NCBI GenBank assembly: GCA_964510165.1
Contig: CAZEBC010000018.1
Coordinates: 1-36,595, forward strand
Direction: 5' to 3'
DNA from: an uncultured bacterium
GTDB taxonomy: Bacteria > Abyssobacteria > SURF-5
Length of the DNA: 36,595 bases
The position numbers were made by a program, and so were the translations under genes. The notes below the pieces were generated by a model, which saw only the letters and a list, made by a program, of their open reading frames with translations, had not been told where the DNA came from and made no database searches. Within the stretch, counting starts at the first letter, position 1. The number at the start of each line of letters is the position of its first letter. Positions 1 through 7,031 of this stretch are shown here, one piece after another.

Positions 1-138
1 ATAGGCGTTTCTCGTTTCAAGCACTCGCCTTCCTGGCCGAAACCCGAATTTGCGGGATTTCGGCCTGTTTTTTTCGCAAAAAATCACAAAGAATGTTCCG
101 AAAACCGCTCAAGGGGGTAGATTTCCGGGTGGCATATC

Positions 139-147
139 TGATAGAAT
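139..147 (+). promoter_or_regulatory. Possible extended -10 promoter for rpsU
   Basis: TGaTAGAAT (TGn + TAGAAT) about 90 nt upstream of the rpsU start; no good -35. Confidence 0.35.
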
Positions 148-239
148 GAAAAAGATAGAGGCCCGCAGGATGCCGTGGGGAGGTTGCGAATTGTTATGCG
201 GTGTTCCCAAGCCTTGGCCTCGGAAAGGAGAGAAATCCA

Positions 240-404
240 TTGGCGAAAGTCTATGTAGTGGATGGCGACATCGATAGGGCCATCAGGCAACTCAGGAATA
301 AAGTCAACCGGGATGGCATCATCCGGGATTACAAGGCCAGCCAGCGATTCGTGCCCAAGAGCCAGGCTCGCAGGAAACACGATGTCAGAAAGACTGGAAG
401 GTAG
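240..404 (+). CDS. rpsU: 30S ribosomal protein S21 (short, 54 aa)
   Basis: TTG start at 240 with SD AAGGAG at 225-230. MAKVYVVDGDIDRAIRQLRNKVNRDGIIRDYKASQRFVPKSQARRK fits the bS21 pattern (V.V....ID.A.R....K....G......K..F..PS..RR) and is small and basic. Confidence 0.8.
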   Translation: MAKVYVVDGDIDRAIRQLRNKVNRDGIIRDYKASQRFVPKSQARRKHDVRKTGR

Positions 405-411
405 GATGGTT

Positions 412-439
412 GCCCCGCTCTGCGGGGTTCTTGTGTGTT
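412..439 (+). terminator. Probable intrinsic terminator of rpsU
   Basis: GCCCCGC-TCT-GCGGGGT hairpin 7 nt after the stop, followed by a T-rich tail TCTTGTGTGTT. Confidence 0.55.
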
Positions 440-650
440 GCCGATGGAACGAGTAACCCAAAAGGCCTTTTTGGCGTGTAAAACGAAGGCTTTTCAAAGA
501 GGGAGAGGTGTGTCCGTGAACTTGACCCACTTCGCCCTCTCGTTGTAACTCCCACCTTTTCCTTCCTAATGTGTTCCTTATTTCATCATTCTCAATAACT
601 TCCAGATCGCCTTCTCACGGCTCTTGAGGGGTGTCTTCTTGTGATTGTGG

Positions 651-1883
651 TTATGCGATAATCACTTCCCCCTTACTCATGCAAAAGACGACCTCGGCCC
701 TTTCCGAAAGAACCGCTTCAAGAGGGCCTCTCGATTCCTCTTCCGGAACTTCTATCCCCACGAGGTCGGCCGGAGCGCCACGCTCAAGCAGTCCACCCTT
801 CGGCGACAGACCAAGCGCCTTCAGACCGTTTGCCGTAGCCATTTTCAGAAGCGCTTCGGGTTCAACCCCGGGGTATTCCTCTCTCACGAATCTCATCTCC
901 TCAAGAATGCCAAGCGAGGGACTGCTGAGCAGACTGTCGGTGCCTAGCGCAACGTTAATGCCGCGCTCCAGCATCTTGGGAAACGGATGCTTCTCGTGTC
1001 CGAAATAGCTATGGCTGCGCGGGCAAAACACGACGCTCGAACCTGACCGCTCGATCAGCTCCAAATCATCGTCTCCCACATAATTGCAGTGGACAAGCAA
1101 GGCCGGTTTTCGGAAGAAGCCGAGCCGCTCAAGGTACCGAACGGGTGAGGCGCGAGGCGGCCGCCACCCACGCGGCAGGCCGAATTCCCTACGAAACTCC
1201 GATATCTCGCCGGTTCCTTGCTGGAGAAACTGTGCCTCCGCCAGCGTCTCGGCCAGATGAATGGAGAGCGGCAGGTCGTTCTCATGGGCGAATTCGATGC
1301 ACCGCCTCAGCAGGTCCTCAGAAACTGTATAGGGGGTGTGAGGAGAAACGCCGACAAGGGAACCTTGGGCGTCTGCATGTTCATTCACCCGCCGTTTCAG
1401 TGATTCAAAGGACAGGTTTGCCGTCTCGGGGTTGAAGTCTATTATCTCGTGGAACACCCGGATCGTGACGCCGGAACGCGCGTAGGCCTCCCAATCGGAC
1501 ACCCTTCCACAGATATCGCCGAGCGAGGTGACACCCGCCTTGCCGCTTTGCTCGAGCCCCGACCGCACGGCATTGTTGAACTCTTCGGGCGCGCACGCGC
1601 GCGTAGTCTTGATGACCTCGCGAATCCAATCGGTGAACCGGCGCTGGGGCCGAGTATCGGCGCGCGCGAGGCCAAGTTCGAGATGGGTGTGGGCATTGAC
1701 CAAGCCGGGAATCAGTACCGCACGGCCAAGGTCTATAAGCTTGGCACGGTCCGATTCTTGCTGCGGAGAGCTTTCCCGTACTTCCGCAATGCGTGCCCCC
1801 TGGACGATGACTTCCGCGTCTCGGCGCGCGCGCCCGTTCTCGTCGAGCAGGTATGCGGAGCGGAGGATCAGGGCCTGATCCAT
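651..1883 (-). CDS. Amidohydrolase-superfamily nucleoside deaminase (aminodeoxyfutalosine / MTA / 5'-deoxyadenosine deaminase-like)
   Basis: Motifs PGLVNAHTHLE, SPHTPYTVS, IHLAET, HCNY, CPRSH, ALGTDS. ATG at 1883 (MDQALILRS) overlaps the upstream gene by 16 nt; the 20 extra N-terminal codons in the ORF track are probably not translated. Confidence 0.8.
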   Translation of the reverse strand: MDQALILRSAYLLDENGRARRDAEVIVQGARIAEVRESSPQQESDRAKLIDLGRAVLIPGLVNAHTHLELGLARADTRPQRRFTDWIREVIKTTRACAPEEFNNAVRSGLEQSGKAGVTSLGDICGRVSDWEAYARSGVTIRVFHEIIDFNPETANLSFESLKRRVNEHADAQGSLVGVSPHTPYTVSEDLLRRCIEFAHENDLPLSIHLAETLAEAQFLQQGTGEISEFRREFGLPRGWRPPRASPVRYLERLGFFRKPALLVHCNYVGDDDLELIERSGSSVVFCPRSHSYFGHEKHPFPKMLERGINVALGTDSLLSSPSLGILEEMRFVREEYPGVEPEALLKMATANGLKALGLSPKGGLLERGAPADLVGIEVPEEESRGPLEAVLSERAEVVFCMSKGEVIIA

Positions 1884-2761
1884 TCGTGCCAGTCCTCGCC
1901 GATATCGCCGCGATTGCGGTAGCGCTGCATTGACTGGCCGCACTTGCAGTTGGCGGGTATTTGGGCGGCCAGTTCGGGGAGCATGCCGATTATCTCGGGG
2001 AATTTCTTGACGCTCGTCTCGACGGCGTCGCGCTCATCCTTGTCGGCCAGCCCCTCGAAGAGAACTCCCGGCTGAAACTCCTTCTCGCGCACGCCCTCTG
2101 CGTAATTCGTCACATAGCAGAGAGCGGCATAGCACATCTCGAGTTCCTTCGCCAGGAAGACTTCGGGGACAAGCGTCATGCCCACGAGGCCGGCCCCGTA
2201 CGCCGCGAACTTGCGTATCTCGGCGGGGGTCTCCAGACGCGGGCCTTCGGTACAGACATACGTGCCGCCAACCCGATAATCCAGGTTCAGCCGGGAAAGC
2301 GCCGCCCCAAGCAGCGCCCGCAGGTGCGGACAGAACACCGGATTCTGCCGAATGAAGCCGAGTCCGCCACTCTCGAAGAATGTCGCCTGCCTGCGCCGCG
2401 TTTCGTCAATGATGTCGTCGATCACGACAAATTGGCCGACTCTGTAACAGGGGTCAATCGCGCCCGGCCCCGACCATGCGAATATCTGTCGCGCGCCAAG
2501 CTCCTTGAGCGCATAGATATTGGCGCGATAGTTCACGAATGAGGCGGCGACGGAGTAACCCTTTTCGCCGTGGCGTGAGAGGAACAGGTATCTTCCGGAA
2601 GTATTGCCGAACAGATAGATTGGCTGGCTTTTCCCGAAGGGAGTCTCCACCTCGCCGAGGCGCTCCTTCTCAGAATCATCAGCGAGAAGCCGGAATGCCT
2701 GGCTGCCGCCGATCACGGCAAAGTGGGGAAGTCCTGAAGGATTGCGGGCCAAAGCGGTCAT
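1868..2761 (-). CDS. MTAP/PNP-family nucleoside phosphorylase, probably 6-oxopurine type (methylthioinosine phosphorylase-like)
   Basis: Motifs IGGS, TPFG, FLSRHG, VNYRANIYALKELG, EGPRLETPAEI, VGMTLVPEVFLAKEL. The specificity loop reads VTNYAEG. Confidence 0.85.
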   Translation of the reverse strand: MTALARNPSGLPHFAVIGGSQAFRLLADDSEKERLGEVETPFGKSQPIYLFGNTSGRYLFLSRHGEKGYSVAASFVNYRANIYALKELGARQIFAWSGPGAIDPCYRVGQFVVIDDIIDETRRRQATFFESGGLGFIRQNPVFCPHLRALLGAALSRLNLDYRVGGTYVCTEGPRLETPAEIRKFAAYGAGLVGMTLVPEVFLAKELEMCYAALCYVTNYAEGVREKEFQPGVLFEGLADKDERDAVETSVKKFPEIIGMLPELAAQIPANCKCGQSMQRYRNRGDIGEDWHEWIRP

Positions 2762-2779
2762 GCGTGCGATGTGTGGCGA

Positions 2780-3187
2780 CTATGCCCGACGCGGGGGACC
2801 CGAGGAAAGGCGGCGACTCATCTGGGCCACGCGCCCGGCCATGACCCACGAGCCGGCCGTCACTCCCGCGAACCGCTCTGAAAGAACAGCGGCGCGCTCC
2901 GATTCCATGGCCAGAGCCAGTGCGGCCCCAATGGCTGCTGCGGCCTCCTCTTCGCCCGCGGGTGATTCGGGCGGCTCCGCGAGTAAAACCGTCTGGGCGT
3001 CCGGCTCTATGGTTCTCGAATCTCCCGACTCCTGCCTCGCAACCATCCTTGAGACTACGGCGCCCAGCACCTGCATGCCGACCATCAGGATCGCGAGCAC
3101 GATAAACACGCCGACAAACCGAACGACCAGCGTGCTCATGATGAAGCCCCACGGCAGTTCTATCGCTCTCTGTATCAATTCTTGCAC
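2780..3187 (-). CDS. OadG-family protein (gamma/delta subunit of a Na+-translocating decarboxylase)
   Basis: Single N-terminal TM helix (VGVFIVLAILMVGMQVLG), Pro/Glu linker, EEEAAAAIGAALAL helix and C-terminal SWVMAGR motif. GTG start with SD AAGGAGAG. Confidence 0.65.
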   Translation of the reverse strand: MQELIQRAIELPWGFIMSTLVVRFVGVFIVLAILMVGMQVLGAVVSRMVARQESGDSRTIEPDAQTVLLAEPPESPAGEEEAAAAIGAALALAMESERAAVLSERFAGVTAGSWVMAGRVAQMSRRLSSGPPRRA

Positions 3188-3234
3188 TCGTTCGCTCTCC
3201 TTGTTCCTGAAGGTTCCACGAAGAAGTCTCTCCC

Positions 3235-3262
3235 ATTATACAAGTTTTGGTGGGAGAATCAA
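3235..3262 (-). promoter_or_regulatory. Sigma70-type promoter for the oadG-like operon
   Basis: Minus strand TTGATT-N16-TATAAT, about 50 nt upstream of the GTG at 3187. Confidence 0.6.
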
Positions 3263-3349
3263 GCCGAGCGCGGAATCGCTTTCCGTAATTCGAAACTGAG
3301 GCGCATAAAAGGCAACTTATTAACTAATGAGCGTTGCCGATGCGGCTGC

Positions 3350-3377
3350 TTGACAAATCGGGAAGATGTGGTATAAT
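3350..3377 (+). promoter_or_regulatory. Consensus sigma70 promoter for the leader / DAHP synthase transcript
   Basis: TTGACA (3350-3355), 16-nt spacer, TATAAT (3372-3377), with an extended -10 TG at 3369-3370. Confidence 0.85.
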
Positions 3378-3426
3378 TCTCTCACTCGTTTTGACATATC
3401 GAGGTTAAGCGAGGTCACGCACGGAA

Positions 3427-3501
3427 ATGTCACCGGCAAAGAGGTATTATTACTTCTTTTACTTTAGCTGGTGGCGTTCTGTGCCCGGTCGCCTCCGTTA
3501 G
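3427..3501 (+). CDS. Aromatic-amino-acid attenuator leader peptide, 24 aa: MSPAKRYYYFFYFSWWRSVPGRLR
   Basis: ATG at 3427 to TAG at 3499-3501, with GAGGT SD-like sequence at 3411-3415. Nine of ten consecutive codons are aromatic (4 Tyr, 3 Phe, 2 Trp). Lies between the promoter and a terminator upstream of DAHP synthase. Confidence 0.85.
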   Translation: MSPAKRYYYFFYFSWWRSVPGRLR

Positions 3502-3525
3502 TTTCCTCGAATAAGACAGAGTAAC

Positions 3526-3566
3526 AAGGCCACGGGCTCAGAAGAGTTCGTGGCCTTCTTGTTTTT
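3526..3566 (+). terminator. Attenuator terminator (3:4 hairpin)
   Basis: AAGGCCACGGGCTC-AGAA-GAGTTCGTGGCCTT forms a 14-bp stem with two G-U pairs, followed by CTTGTTTTT. Confidence 0.85.
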
Positions 3567-3580
3567 GGGAACAATACGCG

Positions 3581-3649
3581 CAGCGCGGCGTAGCCGCAAC
3601 CGAAACCCCTCACCCAACCCTATCCCACCGGGAGAGGGCAGGGTGAGGG
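3581..3649. repeat. Composite palindromic repeat, copy 1 (GCCGCAAC tail plus BoxC-like hairpin)
   Basis: CAGCGCGGCGTAGCCGCAACCGAAA followed by CCCTCACCCAACCCTATCCCACCGGGAGAGGGCAGGGTGAGGG (3607-3649). Near-identical hairpins occur at 17708, 21756 and 36535. Confidence 0.85.
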
Positions 3650-3710
3650 AGAAACCAAGACAGGAATTCGCGATCTTTGAACATGAGTGATGTGGAAGGA
3701 GTGATGAGCA

Positions 3711-4661
3711 ATGGCCACCGCGACCGCAACGGAAACATCGAACGACAGTATCCGCACCTGTACTGCCGGGGGAAACGGAAATGGTTCTCATGCGCCGGAA
3801 CCGCGTATGTCCGCCAAGCCATATAGATTGACGAGCCGGGAGGGACACGCCGCATCCACGATAATCGACGTCGCAGGCGTGCCGGTCGGCGGCGAGGCCG
3901 TGGTGCTGATGGCCGGTCCGTGCAGCGTGGAGAGCGAGGATGGCATCATTGAAACGGCGCGCCGCGTGAAGGAATTGGGCGCGCACATCCTGCGCGGAGG
4001 AGCATACAAGCCGCGCACCTCGCCGTACAGTTTCCAAGGGTTGGGGGCCGAGGGCCTTCGCTTCCTTTCGCGCGCACGGGAACTGACAGGTCTGCGCATC
4101 GTGACTGAGCTCATCTCGGTGACCGACATCGAGCCCGTGACGCGCTGCGCCGACCTGATCCAGATCGGCGCCCGTAACGCTCAGAATACACCGCTTCTGT
4201 GCGACGCGGCCCGAAGCGGAAAGCCGATTCTCCTCAAACGCGGCATGAGTTGCACGATCGAGGAATGGCTCATGTCGGCTGAATATGTGCTCTCCCACGG
4301 CAACCCCAACGTGATCCTGTGCGAGCGCGGTATCCGTTCGTTCGAGACGATGACCCGGAACACCCTGGATCTGAGCGCCGTGGTTGTCGCGAAACGCGAG
4401 ACGCATCTGCCTGTAATCGTGGACCCGAGCCACGCAACGGGCAAGCGTGAACTGGTGATCCCGCTGGCGCGGGCCGCGATAGCCGCTGGCGCGGACGGCC
4501 TGCTCGTGGAGGTGCACCCCGACCCCGACAAGGCGCTCTGCGACGGCGCTCAAAGCCTCACCTTTGAGCTGTTTGCCCAACTGGTCAAAGAGGTCACCCC
4601 AATAGCTCACGCCCTGGGACGCACCTTACATGCCGACTGCATGACGCCCACCGTTGTCTAG
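3711..4661 (+). CDS. aroF: 3-deoxy-7-phosphoheptulonate (DAHP) synthase, type I-beta, without an N-terminal regulatory domain
   Basis: Motifs [63 protein letters not shown] at 3696-3701. An alternative start at MSAKPY is possible. Confidence 0.93.
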   Translation: MATATATETSNDSIRTCTAGGNGNGSHAPEPRMSAKPYRLTSREGHAASTIIDVAGVPVGGEAVVLMAGPCSVESEDGIIETARRVKELGAHILRGGAYKPRTSPYSFQGLGAEGLRFLSRARELTGLRIVTELISVTDIEPVTRCADLIQIGARNAQNTPLLCDAARSGKPILLKRGMSCTIEEWLMSAEYVLSHGNPNVILCERGIRSFETMTRNTLDLSAVVVAKRETHLPVIVDPSHATGKRELVIPLARAAIAAGADGLLVEVHPDPDKALCDGAQSLTFELFAQLVKEVTPIAHALGRTLHADCMTPTVV

Positions 4662-4701
4662 AGGACGGTTGCCTGGCTGCCCTGACGATGCGAGGCGCGG
4701 T

Positions 4702-4730
4702 TTGACAGCCCGAGGGAACTGCACTATAAT
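4702..4730 (+). promoter_or_regulatory. Perfect consensus sigma70 promoter
   Basis: TTGACA (4702-4707), 17-nt spacer, TATAAT (4725-4730), 47 nt upstream of the ATG at 4778. Confidence 0.88.
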
Positions 4731-4777
4731 CGGTGCGTCCCGATTCGGAATGGTTAAGCGCGCAGCCAGGTGAAACC

Positions 4778-5800
4778 ATGAAAAGACAGATGCCCGCCGC
4801 CGTGTTCGAAGGAAACGGCGTCTTGAACCTTCGCACAAGGCCGGTTCCCGCCATCCGGCTGAATAACGAAGTTCTCCTGAAGATTGAGCTTGCGAGCGTG
4901 TGTGGAACCGATGTCCATATCCTCTCGGTTCCGCCCGGCCATCCCGCAACAGTCAACACGATACTCGGTCATGAGTATGTGGGCGAGGTGATCGATGCGG
5001 GTGACGGCGTCACCCATCTCTCCAAGGGCGACCGTGTTGTGGTGAACCCGAATCTGACCTGCGGCTACTGCGTGTATTGCCGAAAGTCGCTTCCCAACAT
5101 GTGCGAGAACATGACCACGCTCGGCATATTCATTGACGGCGGGTTCACGCAGTATAATGTCGCGCCGTCGGACGCGCTGTTCAAGATATCGAAAGACGTT
5201 CCGCTCGATGAGGCGATATTCGCCGAGCCGCTCTCGTGCGTGCTGAACGGGATGCGCAAGCTGAAACCGATGGCGGGCGAATCGGCGCTCCTGATGGGTG
5301 CAGGGCCGATGGGGCTGTATTTCATAACGATGTTCCGCATGTCCGGGCTCAAGGATATCATCGTCAGCGAGCCGAACCCGAAGCGCGCGCGCATGGCCCG
5401 GCGCTGCGGTGCAACCGACATTGTGAACCCGAAACGAGAATCAGTTCAGGAGCGCGTTCGCTCGAAGACGACTATCGGCGCCGATATCGTGGTAGACGCG
5501 GTGGGAGCGCTTATGTCGGAGAGCATCGCGTGCGCGCGCAGAGGCAGCAGGGTGCTTCTGTTCGGGATGAACAGCAAGGCCGTCTCGGAGATACATCAGA
5601 ACGACATAACCCGGAACGAGATCGAGATAATCGGCAGCTTCATCGCGAACGCTACGTTTCCGGCGACGGTCTCGCTGCTCGAGACGGGGAAGATGAACCT
5701 GCGTAAGCTTGTGACGCACCGGTTCAATCTCGAAGATATCCACGCCGCCATCGAGGCTATGCGGAGCGGAGAGGCCATCAAGGTGTTGGTAGAGACATGA
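4778..5800 (+). CDS. Zn-dependent MDR-family dehydrogenase (sorbitol/threonine dehydrogenase-like)
   Basis: CGTD, LGHE, structural Zn motif CGYCVYC..C, EPLSC, GAGPMG. ATG at 4778 with SD AGGTGA. Confidence 0.88.
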   Translation: MKRQMPAAVFEGNGVLNLRTRPVPAIRLNNEVLLKIELASVCGTDVHILSVPPGHPATVNTILGHEYVGEVIDAGDGVTHLSKGDRVVVNPNLTCGYCVYCRKSLPNMCENMTTLGIFIDGGFTQYNVAPSDALFKISKDVPLDEAIFAEPLSCVLNGMRKLKPMAGESALLMGAGPMGLYFITMFRMSGLKDIIVSEPNPKRARMARRCGATDIVNPKRESVQERVRSKTTIGADIVVDAVGALMSESIACARRGSRVLLFGMNSKAVSEIHQNDITRNEIEIIGSFIANATFPATVSLLETGKMNLRKLVTHRFNLEDIHAAIEAMRSGEAIKVLVET

Positions 5801-5816
5801 GAACTGGGGAAATCCT

Positions 5817-6998
5817 ATGAAAACAATCAGGCTGACGGCTGAGTGGAGTCCCAAGAGGGGATTCGTTCCGGGCGCGAAGGATATCGAAGGCAAGCTCACA
5901 TACCTCGGCAGCCGAGTGTGGCGCAATCCGCGCGTGACGGTTGAGGACAGGCCGACGCCGCAGATCGAAGATGACGAGGTGCTCGTCGAGGTAAAGGCGT
6001 GCGGCATATGTGGCAGCGATGTCCACATGGCACAGGCTGACTCGAACGGCTACATCTTCTACCCCGGCCTGACCGCGTTTCCCGTGACCCTCGGGCATGA
6101 ATTTGCCGGCGTGGTCGTCGAGGCGGGCAAGAGTGCAATCGACAAGCGCACAAACAAGCGTTTCCGCAAGGGCGACCCCGTGTGCGCCGAGGAAATGTTC
6201 TGGTGCGGACGCTGCCGTCCGTGCGCCGACGGCTACCCCAACCACTGCGAGGCGCTCGAGGAACTCGGGTTCACATGCGACGGCGCGTTTGCCGGACACG
6301 TCCGTTTGAAGGCGAAATACTGCTGGAGCCTCGAACCGCTTAGGGAACATTACTCGGAGAAGGACCTATTCGTGGCGGGCAGCCTGGTCGAACCCACATC
6401 AGTCGCGTACAACGCCGTCATCGAGCGGGGCGGCGGCATCAGGCCGGGCGACAACGTCGCCATCCTTGGCGGCGGCCCGATCGGCTTGGCCGCGGCGGCG
6501 ATCCTCAGACGCGCGGGCGCGGCGCATGTGGTCTTGTCTGAACCGTCCGACAGCCGGGCCGAACTTGCGCGAGAGATGGGAGCGACCGCCACAATCAATC
6601 CGCTGCATGAAAGCTTTTCCGACAAATTGCTTGAGATAACCGACGGGTTGGGCGCAAATCTCTATCTCGAGGCCACCGGTCTGCCGGAGATCGTGTGGCC
6701 CGCCATCGAGGACTCTATCTGGCGCGGACGCGCGCTCAACGCCACGGTAGTCATTGTAGCTCGTGCCGACGCGAAAATCCCTGTCACCGGCGAGGTGTTC
6801 CAGGTGAGGCGCGCGCAGATCGTCGGCGCGCAGGGACATTCAGGCCATGGCACCTTCCCGCGCGTGATCAGCGCGATGGCGACCGGCATGGACATGACGC
6901 GGATGGTGACCAAGAAGATACGGCTGGAGGAGGTCCCCGAACATCTCAACCTGCTCCAGACCGACCGCGAGGAGTGCAAGATCACGGCGATTCTGTAA
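5817..6998 (+). CDS. iolM: Scyllo-inosose 3-dehydrogenase (IolM, Thermotoga TM0412 type)
   Basis: Distinctive N-terminus KDIEGKLTYLGSRVWRNP, plus CGICGSDVHMAQ, YPGLTAFPVTLGHEF, VEPTSVAYNAVI and GAQGHSGHGTFPRVI, closely matching the IolM sequence as I recall it. Confidence 0.85.
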   Translation: MKTIRLTAEWSPKRGFVPGAKDIEGKLTYLGSRVWRNPRVTVEDRPTPQIEDDEVLVEVKACGICGSDVHMAQADSNGYIFYPGLTAFPVTLGHEFAGVVVEAGKSAIDKRTNKRFRKGDPVCAEEMFWCGRCRPCADGYPNHCEALEELGFTCDGAFAGHVRLKAKYCWSLEPLREHYSEKDLFVAGSLVEPTSVAYNAVIERGGGIRPGDNVAILGGGPIGLAAAAILRRAGAAHVVLSEPSDSRAELAREMGATATINPLHESFSDKLLEITDGLGANLYLEATGLPEIVWPAIEDSIWRGRALNATVVIVARADAKIPVTGEVFQVRRAQIVGAQGHSGHGTFPRVISAMATGMDMTRMVTKKIRLEEVPEHLNLLQTDREECKITAIL

Positions 6999-7031
6999 TG
7001 TTGCAATGGGGGAAGAACGCTGGAGCAAAAC

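Noticed and set aside
3391-3396. Second TTGACA in the aroF leader
   Set aside because: No -10 hexamer at 16-18 nt spacing.
3384-3570. T-box riboswitch upstream of aroF
   Set aside because: TGGTGGC resembles the T-box core, but there is no AGGGTGGNACCGCG context or stem I. The bases are better explained as the Trp-Trp codons of the leader ORF.
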